Assembly (NCBI GenBank): GCA_965261735.1
Contig: OZ253470.1
Span: 3,616,001-3,680,000, forward strand
Reading direction: 5' to 3'
DNA from: Alphaproteobacteria bacterium
GTDB taxonomy: Bacteria > Pseudomonadota > Alphaproteobacteria > SHVV01
DNA length: 64,000 nt
The position numbers were made by a program, and so were the translations under genes. Of the stretch, positions 44,139 through 56,400 are shown piece after piece (positions within the stretch are counted from its first letter, which is position 1; each line of letters begins with the position of its first letter). The notes below the pieces were generated by a model. It did no database searches, was not told the origin of the DNA, and was given only the letters and a program-made list of their open reading frames with translations.

Positions 44139-45204
44139 AATGGGCGCAACCCGGATATAGGGGAGCGCGCCATGGATGTTCTCGACCGCGCCGATCTCCC
44201 ATTCCCGCATTCGCTACCCGAGTTCCAGCGACTTTTCCCCGATGATGCGGCCTGCGCCGCCTACCTGGAGAAAGCCCGCTGGGGAGACGGCTTTGCCTGC
44301 CCGCACTGCGGCACGGCGGGAGAGCCGTTCCACTTTGAAAACCGCCCTGGCGTCCTGCGCTGCCGCAAGTGCCGCCAGAACACCGGGCTGACGGTGGGAA
44401 CAGTGATGGAGCGTAGCCACACTCCGCTGAACGTCTGGTTCTGGGCCGCTTATCTGGTCGCCAGTCAGACGCCCGGCATGTCCGCCGTGCAGTTTCAGCG
44501 GCAACTTGGTCTTTCGCGCTACGAGACGGCCTTTCAAATTCTCCACAAGCTCCGCTCGGGCATGGTGCGGCCCAACCAAGACAGGATCGGTGGACAGCCC
44601 AAGAACCATGTTGAGGTGGACGAAACCTGGGTTGGCGGGCGAACGCGTGGGGAAGGCCGTGGTGTTCACCACAAGGTTCCCGTCTCCTGTGCCATCGAGG
44701 TGCGTCATCGAAAGCCGGGCACCAAGCTCGACAACCGGAAAGACGGACGCTATGCCGGACGCGTTCGGCTCGCCGTCGTGCTCGACCGTAGCGCCGAGTC
44801 GCTCTGTGGGTTCGTCGAGAGCACCGTCGCGCCGGGATCGCTGATCGTTACTGACGATTGGAGCGGCTATGCTGGCCTCGGTAAGCGCGGCTATGAGCAC
44901 TTCGCTGTTGCCGAGTGTGGTGATCCAGAGGTTGCCGAGCAATACCTGCCGATCATCCATCTGGTTTTCGCCAACCTGAAGACGTGGCTGATCGATATCC
45001 ACCACGGCGTTAGCCACCAGCACCTACAAGCCTACCTCAACGAGTTCACCTTCCGCTTCAACAGGCGGTTCTACCCGTTCAACGCCTTCCGCTCATTGCT
45101 CGGCATCGCGGGCGACACCTCTGCTCCAACCTATGCCGAGCTTTACTCGGGAGAGTGGCGGCACCCTACATGTAGCGGTCATGGGCGTTAACCGGATAGG
45201 CAAG
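44135..45204 (+). mobile_element. IS1595 type A lacking its left TIR (transposase 44172-45191)
   Basis: Identity to the other copies; begins at the internal CTAG. Confidence 0.9.
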
Positions 45205-45351
45205 GGAGATACATGACGCTGGAATCCATCGCTCCGCTGAGCGATGGTGTCCCCATCACGCTGCCCACCGTGGCAGCCTGAACGTCCCGGCCCTACCCGC
45301 CGGGAGCCGCGTAGAGCGCAACGCTCTTACACCACTCCGCGGGACACGATC
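45205..45351 (+). mobile_element. IS256 type A right-end fragment
   Basis: Matches about 8357-8503. Confidence 0.88.
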
Positions 45352-45407
45352 GATCGCCCGGGCCCCGAGGAGGAATCTGAGGCGGGGGAAATCAGTAAGA
45401 GGACCGA

Positions 45408-46091
45408 ATGCAGCAGCCAGTGCGCTTGTCTTTCCGGCTGTCCGACTTGCGGACAGCGGTCTGCGATTCTCCCAAATTGGTCGCGGCCGTGTTGTTGGCC
45501 GCATTGATACCGCTCGCCGGCTGTGGCACCGCATCGCCGCCGACACGACAGGCGGATATCTGCGAGGTGTTCCGGCAGTACCCCGACTGGTATGACTATG
45601 CCCGGAAGTCCGCAAGCCGCTGGGGAACACCGATCCACGTGCAGATGTCGTTCGTGCGCCACGAATCGAGTTATCGGGGCGACGCCCGGCCGCCGCGCCA
45701 ATGGCTCTGGTTCATACCGCTCGGCCGTCCGTCTTCTGCCAAGGGTTATGCGCAGGCACAGGATCCGGTCTGGAACGAATACCAAGCGGAGCGGGGACGT
45801 CTGTTCCGCAGCCGCGGCGACATGGAAGATGCCCTGGACTTCATCGGCTGGTACAACCACCGAACCAGACGTCAGCTCGGCATACCCCTCACCGACGCGC
45901 AGCGCCTCTACCTCGCCTACCACGAAGGGCAGGGCGGATATCGGCGGGGCACCTGGAGGGACAAGCCGAAGGTGCAGCGTGCCGCCCGGCGGGTCGCTGC
46001 GACCTCGGATCGTTATAGAGCGCAGCTTGTGCGCTGTGAATCCAGCTTTCGGTGCGACTCCTGGTATCAAGTCTGGCCGTTCTGCCGCTAA
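45408..46091 (+). CDS. Transglycosylase SLT-like lipoprotein
   Basis: Lipobox LAGC; HESSYR, SSAKGYAQA, DALDFIGWY, YLAYHEG. Confidence 0.8.
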   Translation: MQQPVRLSFRLSDLRTAVCDSPKLVAAVLLAALIPLAGCGTASPPTRQADICEVFRQYPDWYDYARKSASRWGTPIHVQMSFVRHESSYRGDARPPRQWLWFIPLGRPSSAKGYAQAQDPVWNEYQAERGRLFRSRGDMEDALDFIGWYNHRTRRQLGIPLTDAQRLYLAYHEGQGGYRRGTWRDKPKVQRAARRVAATSDRYRAQLVRCESSFRCDSWYQVWPFCR

Positions 46092-46139
46092 TCGCCGATC
46101 TGCACCCTCGCGATATGCGGGCGCACCAGCGCGTAAGAA

Positions 46140-48773
46140 TCCGGAACCTGTCAACGACTTTGAGACACCGACGGTTTCTATTTACTGACTCGTTTCTCCT
46201 GTTGTGGAAGTGGCGGGTGGGTTGATCCTTGCCTATCCGGGTTACACCCACACCCACTAGGGCTAGAATGGGCGCAACCCGGATATAGGGGAGCGCGCCA
46301 TGGATGTTCTCGACCGCGCCGATCTCCCATTCCCGCATTCGCTACCCGAGTTCCAGCGACTTTTCCCCGATGATGCGGCCTGCGCCGCCTACCTGGAGAA
46401 AGCCCGCTGGGGAGACGGCTTTGCCTGCCCGCACTGCGGCACGGCGGGAGAGCCGTTCCACTTTGAAAACCGCCCTGGCGTCCTGCGCTGCCGCAAGTGC
46501 CGCCAGAACACCGGGCTGACGGTGGGAACAGTGATGGAGCGTAGCCACACTCCGCTGAACGTCTGGTTCTGGGCCGCTTATCTGGTCGCCAGTCAGACGC
46601 CCGGCATGTCCGCCGTGCAGTTTCAGCGGCAACTTGGTCTTTCGCGCTACGAGACGGCCTTTCAAATTCTCCACAAGCTCCGCTCGGGCATGGTGCGGCC
46701 CAACCAAGACAGGATCGGTGGACAGCCCAAGAACCATGTTGAGGTGGACGAAACCTGGGTTGGCGGGCGAACGCGTGGGGAAGGCCGTGGTGTTCACCAC
46801 AAGGTTCCCGTCTCCTGTGCCATCGACGTCGTGCTCGACCGTAGCGCCGAGTCGCTCTGTGGGTTCGTCGAGAGCACCGTCGCGCCGGGATCGCTGATCG
46901 TTACTGACGATTGGAGCGGCTATGCTGGCCTCGGTAAGCGCGGCTATGAGCACTTCGCTGTTGCCGAGTGTGGTGATCCAGAGGTTGCCGAGCAATACCT
47001 GCCGATCATCCATCTGGTTTTCGCCAACCTGAAGACGTGGCTGATCGGTATCCACCACGGCGTTAGCCACCAGCACCTACAAGCCTACCTCAACGAGTTC
47101 ACCTTCCGCTTCAACAGGCGGTTCTACCCGTTCAACGCCTTCCGCTCATTGCTCGGCATCGCGGGCGACACCTCTGCTCCAACCTATGCCGAGCTTTACT
47201 CGGGAGAGTGGCGGCACCCTACATGTAGCGGTCATGGGCGTTAACCGGATAGGCAAGGGTTGATCCAGACGGCTTCGGGAAGCGGGGCGGGTTTCGGGGT
47301 GCCGTGGACGAAGCGTTCGGGGTGAAGGGCCCAGGCGGCTTGCAGGGTACGTCCGCGCTGAGCCAGCACATCCGGTGCCCAGTGATGATGGACATCATCG
47401 GGGGTGAGCATCGCGATCCCGGCATGGCGGTGTTCGGTGTTGTACCAGGGGAAGAACGACCGGCAGAAGGCGATGGCGGCGGTAATGTCTTCGAAGCGCC
47501 CAGGGAAGCCGGGGTGATACTTCAGGGTCTTGAACTGCGCTTCGGAGAACGGGTTGTCATCGCTGACCTGGGGGCGGCTCAGAGAGCGGGTGACCCCGAG
47601 GTCGGCGAGGAGTTGGGCGGTACACTTGCTGGTCATCGGCGCGCCGCGGTCCGAATGCAGGGTGAGCACCTGGGGCTCGATGCCTTGCTTGAGACAGGTT
47701 TCCTCGATCAGCGTCGCGGCGAGCGCGGCGTTCTCCCGATCGGCAACCATCCAGCCCACGACGCAGCGGCTGAAGATGTCGAGCAAGACATAGAGGTAGA
47801 AGGACGTCCAGCGTTTGGGCCCCCGGAGCCGGGTGATATCCCAGGACCAGGTCTGGTTGGGGCCCGTGGCCACCAGCTCGGGCTTGGTGTAGCAGGGATG
47901 ACTGCGCTGATTGCGCCGCTCTCGCACCGGCTAGTTCGCGGCCAGGATCCGGTATATCGTGCGCTCGGCGCACAGATACTGGCCTTCATCGAGCAGCGTC
48001 GCGACGACCTCGGCCGGTGACCGGTCGACGAAGCGCGGGCTGGCGAGCACGTCGAGGACGTGCGCGCGTTCGGACGCACACAGGGCCCGGGCGGGCGTAG
48101 GACGGGGCTGCTGATGCCCGGGAGCGGGCCTCTGACGACGGTAGAAGGAAGCCCGTGGCACCCCCAGCGCTCGGCACGCCGGCGCCACGCCGACCTGCGA
48201 TGCGAGCGGCTGGACGGCCATCAGCAGTCCTTCCCGTGTTCGAGGCTGAATCCCAGCAGCCCGGCAACTTTTCCCTGGACGTCCAGGATCGTATGGGCGG
48301 TGTGCAGCTCCTTCTCCAGCCGAGCCACTTTCGCCTCGAGCTCGTGCACCTTCGCGCTGAGGGGGTTGCGCTCGGCGGGCTTCCGACCGCGTTTGCTCGG
48401 GGTCAGGCCTTGAAGCGACCCTTCACGCCGCGCCCTGCGCCATTCCGTCAGATGGGAGCTGTACAGCCCCTCGCGGCGAAGCAGCCGGCCCACCTCGCCG
48501 GGCTGCGTGCAGCTCTCTGCCTCCTCCAGAATCCGCAGTCGATACTGCGCGGTGAACTTGCGCCTCTTCGGCTTGGCCACGACCTCCGGGTCCGGCGTTG
48601 GCCGCGCGTGGCTGGCACCGGCCCCGGGGGCCTCGTCGCGACGCTCCTCGACCCCCAGGGCCGGAGCGTCCATCTCTTGCAATGTCATCGATTCTCTCTC
48701 TGCGGTCATTGGTATTCACCTCCACCGCCCTACAGTAATTCCAAGGGGGGCCGGTGTCTCAGTGAGGTTGGCA
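46140..48773 (-). mobile_element. IS3-family element; orfA 48221-48709, orfB with premature TAG at 47931 and IS1595 insertion
   Basis: IRs TGTCAAC..TGAGACACC / TGCCAAC..TGAGACACC; WSWDIT, HSDRG, DNPFSEAQFKTLKY. Confidence 0.88.
46228..47257 (+). mobile_element. IS1595 type A with 75-bp in-frame deletion
   Basis: TSD GGTTGATC; 314 aa versus 339 aa in intact copies. Confidence 0.92.
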
Positions 48774-48892
48774 GAGAGGGCTTCTCGCTCGCCAGGGTTC
48801 CTCCTCAAACGGAAACAAGCCTGTTATGATGTGGTGACAACGCTGTGCACAGAAACAGCGATCAAGAACGGCACATCAGTGGGGCAACAATC

Positions 48893-49138
48893 ATGGGGCA
48901 ATTAGCAGTGACTTGGATGAAGACGACCGTCGTCGCAATCATTGTGACCGGCGCGCTGGCCACCTCCGGGTGTTCGAGCGAAGGTTTCACATGGATCAAC
49001 GGTGATCGATACCGGTTCCTCGGTATCGAGTCCCGTTGCGCACCCGATGGCTCCCTTGTCCTGTGGCAGCGCGCTAACGATGCCGGTGACTTCGGCGCGG
49101 TCCAGGCCTCTTCGGCAAACTGCACCGGCGGGCCATAA
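48893..49138 (+). CDS. Small putative lipoprotein
   Basis: Hydrophobic stretch ending TSGC; two further Cys; no recognised family. Confidence 0.45.
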   Translation: MGQLAVTWMKTTVVAIIVTGALATSGCSSEGFTWINGDRYRFLGIESRCAPDGSLVLWQRANDAGDFGAVQASSANCTGGP

Positions 49139-49459
49139 GGGCTAAAGCCGGCCCGATGGACACGTCCTTCGGCAATTGGCGCTCCGCGTAGCGCGGCGCC
49201 CGCCGGGGAAGTCCCGGGCGAGGATCGCGGGGGGACAGCATCGGAGAGCCTCGCGGCGAACTACCGGCGACCCATCCCAGCCAGCTGAAAGTGATGGCGC
49301 GAAGGATCTGCCGGGTGGCGGTACTGGGGGCGACCCCGATCCGGAACACGTCCCGGCCGAGGAATTCGCCTTAGATTCTGGAAATTCAGGATGTCATTGA
49401 CCCGGAACCACGACGGATCGTCCGCCGTTTCGTTCTTTGGCATCATTTTGAACAGAAAC

Positions 49460-51094
49460 GGGTGCGAGTCTCGCATGGCAGTGATGTCTGCGGCTTGGTT
49501 CGTTGAGTTCAGGCAGCGATTGCCATGGCTGCTGCACGTGGACTGATGTTGTCGTTGGCCGGTGTGTCGGTTGCGCTGATCAGGGCCTTCCATGCGCGCT
49601 CGAAGCGGCCGGATTTGATCAGGGCGCGGAAGGTCAGAACAGCCTGTCCGCCGACGATCCGCCAGCGCATGCCGGAGCGCTTCATGCGCTGTGTCACCAG
49701 GGATCTTGTTGGCAGCCTCGACCACGCCTGAGCCGATGGCGATGCCCTCTTCCTTCAGGGCGTGGTAGCGCATGCGATGGCGATGCTTGCGGAAGAAGGC
49801 GAGTTCCCGCTCGGTCTCGGCCCGGTCCGGCGCAGCGGCGGCATCGCGAAGGTGGCGCAGCGCCCGGATCACCTTGGCGACGCCACGGGGATCGTGACGG
49901 AGGATCTCGCGGTACTTCTCGAACCAGCCGGGCGCCACGGCATGGTCGGACGCGGTTTGCAGATGTTCGCAAGCATGCCAGAAGTCGATCACCTCGGTTT
50001 CGGGCGACAGGGTCTCCAGGAAGGTCCAGTTGTCGGCGGCGCCATCGGCGATAGCGACGATCCCGATCTCGGGGCGTGCTCGCCTGATGTGTGCGACTTC
50101 GCTTGCAAGCTGCGCCTTCAGCGTGAGCTTGCCGCTCTCCGGCATGGGGCCGAGATAGAGGGTCTTCAGGCGCTTGCCCTCGGCGTCGTGGAAGGAGACC
50201 GTGCCGCAGGCGGCCTCGCGCCAGGAGGCCTTGGCGCGACCGTCCTCGCCGGGTCTCAGCGGCACCATGACGCCGTCGAGGGAGACCGAGGCGGTGGTCG
50301 CGTCCTGCGGTATGCCCTCGGCCTCACGGATGCTGCCCAGCGTCTCCGGGCCGAGGCTCTCCCAGCATTCGTGCATGCTCAGGGTCAGGCGCTCACCGAC
50401 GGCGTCATGGCGCCGGTCTTCGCAAAGAACGCCGCCGCTTCCCGGGCCGTGCAGCGACCCATCATCAGCAGACCGAGCTCGGCCGCCGGCCGCGTCAGGT
50501 AATCGTCGACGAGGCCCAGGCTCTCGTCGACCGGCACCGGCGATGCCCCGCTCGCGCCGCTGCGGTAACGCGCTCGCCGGTAGGCGAGCGAGGTCATGAT
50601 CGTCTTCGGCGTCACCGCGACCCGGAACCAGCTCTGCCCGTCCCGCTCGATCCGGGAAGCGCCATCGTCCCGGTTCTCGATGACGGCGCCCATGACATCG
50701 CGAGCGAACTCGTTCGTGGCCTCACGCACCCGCAACTCGACCTCCTCGGGCACCTCGGGGCGCGGCTCGGAACGAAGCTCCTCGCGACACAGTGCGAGCA
50801 CCCGGGCGGCCGCCTCGACGACCCGAGGAGGCAGGCCGGAAAGATCGATGGACGAAGGCGCCGGAGGCGGGGATACTGCCATGGGAATGCTCCCGATGTT
50901 GGGTTTCGAGACACGGCATCGTACCGCTTCTGGCGGTGCGGAGCGTTCCCACCTTCCCCTGCTCGACCCTGCCGTCGTGACAAAATCCTGCCTTGGAGCG
51001 GCCCATTGTCACGAATAGCCGTTTTCGGCCGTTCGTCTCGACACAAAAACGCACTAAATCAATGACTTAGATTTTCCATACCAGACCCACACCC
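49460..51094 (-). mobile_element. ISKra4-family element, frameshifted, copy 2
   Basis: Near-identical to 30135-31770 including the frameshifts; no TSD. Confidence 0.85.
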
Positions 51095-51582
51095 TCCATA
51101 ACTCCGGTCGCGCCATGGTATGGGAACAGACCCCTGCGTTTTTCCCGTTCGCGAGATGAGAGAGGAATTCTCTTACTATCGAGTAGTTCGACCACTTCCC
51201 CGACACCGACGGCAGCCCATCCTTCCGGTTTCCCGTCCTCATCCAGCTTGTCGGGAAACAGATCCCAAATTTCCGGTGCGAGGTAAGGATCGCGGCCCTC
51301 GATCTTGGCGCGGGTGGGTCCGAAATCCACGAACCAGTCCTTGAACAGCGCCCGCGCCATCGCCTCCAGCGTCTCGTTCATGCGCCGGTTCAGCTCGATC
51401 TTGTCGTCCAGCGTGCCGAGGATGTGAGCGATGGCACGTTGTTCGTTGACATCATCGGGGAACCAAACAGGAGCCTGATGCAAATGATTCCAGTTTAGCC
51501 CAGGCACCGCTGCTTTGTCTGAAAAGGGCAGAAAATCAATGCCTTTCAAGAAATAGCTGATAAACCGTGGATCATTATTTTT
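51095..51582 (-). pseudogene. hsdS: Type I R-M specificity subunit fragment
   Basis: EQRAIAHILGTLDDKIELNRRMNETLEAMARALFKDWFVDF...PEGW. Confidence 0.9.
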
Positions 51583-52332
51583 GGGAATTGTATACAATTC
51601 TAGCCAATATCTCGACATATCATTGATTTCATTACACAAATAAGCGCTTGAACCTTCTGGCTCGTTTTCCCTATATTATTAGCCATAGGGAGATTACACA
51701 TGGCCAAACGCGACAAGATTGAAATCATGAGCGCCTGGGATTTCATGGCGCGATTTCCTACTGACAAGGATGCGCGAGGCCATATCGAGCGGATGCGCTG
51801 GGGCAATGAACCTTACTGCCCTCACTGCGGAAGCGTTCGGATCAGTCATATCACAAACGAGAAACCGCAACCTTATCGCTGCAAGGATTGCCGCAAGCAC
51901 TTCTCGGTCACGACAGGGACGGTGTTCCAGTCCGCCAAACTCTCACCACGCAAGTGCCTCTATGCGATCTATCTCATGGTCATTGCCAAGAAGTCCATTT
52001 CAAGCTGCCAGATGGCGCGGGAATTGGGCTGCACGCAAAAGACAGCGTGGTATCTCGCCCAGCGCATTCGTGAGACATGGCTCAACAAGTCCAGCATTGG
52101 CGACCCGATGGCTGGCGAGATTGAAATCGATGAAACCTATATAGGCGGGCTGGAGCGCAACAAGCACGCATCGAAAAAGTTGAAGGCCGGACGTGGCCCG
52201 GTCGGAAAGCAGCCGGTTATCGGGCTGCGGGAACGCGGATCGGGCCAAGTTAGGGCGCACCCAATTACCGGAACCGATGCGGCGCATCTACAAGGCGCAG
52301 TGCGTTCAGAGGTGGTGCCGGGATCAACTATC
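51583..52332 (+). mobile_element. IS1595-family type C element, truncated (transposase from 51700)
   Basis: Left end GGGAATTGTATAC; CPHCGS..CKDC, EIDETY; cut by an IS1595 type A. Confidence 0.82.
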
Positions 52333-53437
52333 CTTGCCTATCCGGGTTACACCCACACCCACTAGGGCTAGAATGGGCGCAACCCGGATATAGGGGAGCG
52401 CGCCATGGATGTTCTCGACCGCGCCGATCTCCCATTCCCGCATTCGCTACCCGAGTTCCAGCGACTTTTCCCCGATGATGCGGCCTGCGCCGCCTACCTG
52501 GAGAAAGCCCGCTGGGGAGACGGCTTTGCCTGCCCGCACTGCGGCACGGCGGGAGAGCCGTTCCACTTTGAAAACCGCCCTGGCGTCCTGCGCTGCCGCA
52601 AGTGCCGCCAGAACACCGGGCTGACGGTGGGAACAGTGATGGAGCGTAGCCACACTCCGCTGAACGTCTGGTTCTGGGCCGCTTATCTGGTCGCCAGTCA
52701 GACGCCCGGCATGTCCGCCGTGCAGTTTCAGCGGCAACTTGGTCTTTCGCGCTACGAGACGGCCTTTCAAATTCTCCACAAGCTCCGCTCGGGCATGGTG
52801 CGGCCCAACCAAGACAGGATCGGTGGACAGCCCAAGAACCATGTTGAGGTGGACGAAACCTGGGTTGGCGGGCGAACGCGTGGGGAAGGCCGTGGTGTTC
52901 ACCACAAGGTTCCCGTCTCCTGTGCCATCGAGGTGCGTCATCGAAAGCCGGGCACCAAGCTCGACAACCGGAAAGACGGACGCTATGCCGGACGCGTTCG
53001 GCTCGCCGTCGTGCTCGACCGTAGCGCCGAGTCGCTCTGTGGGTTCGTCGAGAGCACCGTCGCGCCGCGATCGCTGATCGTTACTGACGATTGGAGCGGC
53101 TATGCTGGCCTCGGTAAGCGCGGCTATGAGCACTTCGCTGTTGCCGAGTGTGGTGATCCAGAGGTTGCCGAGCAATACCTGCCGATCATCCATCTGGTTT
53201 TCGCCAACCTGAAGACGTGGCTGATCGGTATCCACCACGGCGTTAGCCACCAGCACCTACAAGCCTACCTCAACGAGTTCACCTTCCGCTTCAACAGGCG
53301 GTTCTACCCGTTCAACGCCTTCCGCTCATTGCTCGGCATCGCGGGCGACACCTCTGCTCCAACCTATGCCGAGCTTTACTCGGGAGAGTGGTGGCACCCT
53401 ACATGTAGCGGTCATGGGCGTTAACCGGATAGGCAAG
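52333..53437 (+). mobile_element. IS1595 type A (transposase 52405-53424)
   Basis: Both TIRs; flanks differ (no TSD). Confidence 0.93.
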
Positions 53438-56400
53438 CTTCGAAGGACGGCGTCAGCGTGGCCCCGTCACCGCCGCCCAGCGCGAAGCGGCGCGAGCCCT
53501 CCATCCCGGTGCGCAGCAGCCACACATCGGCGTCCGACGCCTCCAGCCGGCCGCCCGACCTGCCGGACGCCGAGCCCGAAGAGGTCCGGGTGAACCGGCC
53601 GTCGCCCTTGACGGCCAGCGACAGGCCGCCTTCCTCCGCCGGCGTCAGCAGCTCGCTCCGGATCCCGGCCGCGCCCATGCTCATCGTGAGGTCCGCCGTC
53701 AGCGCCTCCTGGCCCTCCGGCGTCACCGTCACCTCGCCGGACCCGTAGCCCGCCGCCGTCCAGACCGAGAGCCGGTCGGTCAGCGTCAGCCCGGCATAGG
53801 GATAGACCCCGGTCAGCGTCGCATCGATGCCGCCCGCGCCCGCCTCAGAGCGGTAGCCGCCCGTGCCGCGCGAATCGCCCACCGCCAGGCCCGCCGTCCA
53901 GCGTCCTGCCCCGGACCCCGATCCGGGGTCCGACGCCCAGTCGGCGCCGATGAGGCCCGTGGTCACCTCGCCGTCCAGCGAGAGGCCACCCTCGCGGCCG
54001 TCGAAGCCGGTTATCGCGCCCCGGCCCCAGACCGAGGCGTACCCGCCGTCCCCGGCCGACCCGCCGGTCAGCGCGAACGAGGTGCCGGTGATGAAGTCGC
54101 GGCCCGTCAGCGCCCGCGATTCGGCTTCCCGCCCGGTTGCGGACGCGCCGTTTCGGGACGCGTCTCTCCCGTCCGGCCCGGCCTGCGCCAGCCACGCGCC
54201 GAGCGCCGCCATCGCGCCGCGGTCCTCGGCTCCCGCCGCCAGCGCCGCCCGGTCCCGGTCGGCCGCGTATCGGGGTGCCGCTTCGCCGCCTGTCCCGGAC
54301 CCCGATCCGGGGGTCCACGACGGCAGCGCCTGCCCGGCGAGGCTCGCCTCGATGCCCGGCGTGCGCGGCGCCTTGAGCCGCGCCTCGACCGCATCCAGCA
54401 CATGGCCCGTCACCGTGCGCCCGAAACGCGCCAGCCACGCCGCCGGCATCGCGTCGGTGTTGTCGATCGTCCCCGTCGCCGTGGCGTCGGCGATCGCCGC
54501 CCCGTACGGCGCCGAGAGCCTCAGCGTCATGGTCTCCGCGCCCTCGTCGTGCGCGTCGTCGAGCACCCGCACCGAGACCGTCCTCGACCTCTGGCCCGGC
54601 CCGAACCGCACCGCGCCCGAGGCTGCGACATAGTCCGCGCCCGCCGTCGCCGTGCCGTCCGAGGTCGCATAGCGCACCGAGACCGTCTCCGACGGCGCCG
54701 CAGCGAGCGTTACCGTGAACCGCAGCACCGCGCCCGCCGCCTCGCGCACCCGCGCGTCCGCGACCGACACGCCCGGCCCCGGCGCCGGCGCCTCCGCCGC
54801 CGCCGCCGCCGTGCGCACCAGGCGCACCGCGACCGTCTCGCCATCCTCCCAGTCGACGTCGACACCGTCCCAGGTGAAGCTCGCGTCCGAGCCATTCGCG
54901 TCGGCGAACGGCAGCGCCATGCCGCCCACGCGCAGGGTCAGGCCCCCGGTATCCCAGATCGGTGTCTTCAGCGCGAAGTAGATGCGCCGCTCCGGCGCGT
55001 AATGCCACAGCCACTGCACCCGCAGGCCGCCGCTGCCCCCGGTGTTCGTGAACAGGTCCGCGTCGTCGCTGCCGGTCGAGCCCCCGCCGAAATCGATCAC
55101 CTCCATGTCGGCCGACCACAGCACCGTCTCCGCCGGCGCCTCCGCCGGCGCGCGGTCGTTGTCGAACACGTCGACGCCCGCGGACGCCGCGGCCACCCGG
55201 TAGCCGTCGCCGGCCGCCACCGCCGCCGTCACCCGGCCGTCCGCCTCCGCCGTCGTGTCGTCCCCGGTCGCCACCGCGAGCACGGCCTCCGCCGCGCCCG
55301 CCTCGAACCGCACCGTCGACGGCGCCGCGCCGTCGAGCACCGCGCCCGCCGCGCGCACCGACACCGCGACCTCGAGCGCCGCCGCCGTATCGCCGGTGCG
55401 CCTGAGCGTGAACCGCGCCGCCGCGCCCTCCGTCACCGGCGAAGCGGCCGCCGCGATCGAGACCTCCGGCAGCGCCACCGAGACCGCCGCCGTCGCGCCC
55501 GCGATGTCCGCGTCCGTCTCGCCGTCGCTCGCGACCCACTGGTAGGCGAACCCGGCGTCATCGCGACCGTCCGCATCGGCGATCTCCGTCACCGAGGCCT
55601 CCAGCGTCTCGCCGACCCGCGCCGTCCCCGCGATCGCCGGAAGGCCCGTCGGCGCGGCATTCGCCGCCGCCACCGCTTCGGTCGCCTCGCTGACCAGCGT
55701 CTCCTGCGTCCCGCGCCCGTCGGTGAAGGTCACGCTCACCTTGACCGTCTTGCCCGCCTCGGCCGCGGTCAACGTGTAGCTCGCCGCCGTCGCGCCGGCG
55801 ATGTCCGTATCCGCGCTGCCGTCATCGGAGACCCACTGGTAGGCGAATGTGGCACCGCTCAGGCCGTCCGCATCGGCGATCCCCGAGACCGAGGCCTCCA
55901 GTGTCTCGCCGACCCGCGCCGTTCCGGCGATCGCCGGCAGGCCCGTCGGCGCGGCGTTCGCCGCCGCCACCGCGGCCGTCGCGGCGCTGAGGAGCGTCTC
56001 TCCGGTCCCGCCGTCGTCGGTGAAGGCGACCCGCACCTTCACCGTCTTGCCCGCCTCGGCCGCGGTCAGCGTGTAGCTCGCCGCCGTCGCGCCCGCGATG
56101 TCCGCGTCCGCGCTGCCGTCATTGGAAACCCACTGGTAGGCGAACGTCGCACCGCTCAGGCCGTCCGCGTCGGCGATCCCCGTCACCGAGGCGCCCAGCG
56201 TCTCGCCGACCCGCGCCGTCCCCGCGATCGTGGGCAGCCCCGTCGGCGCCGTGTTCGACACCGCCGCCTGCGCCACCGGCTCCACCGTGCCGGTCGCCGC
56301 GCTCACCAGCGTTTCTTCCGTCCCGCCGTCGTCGGTGAACGCGACCCACACCTTCACCGTCTTGCCCGTCTCGTCCGTGCTCAGCGTGTAGCTCGCCGCC

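Noticed and set aside
49261-49459. Possible DUF262/GmrSD fragment (FLFKMM...WFRVNDIL)
   Set aside because: Too short to assign.
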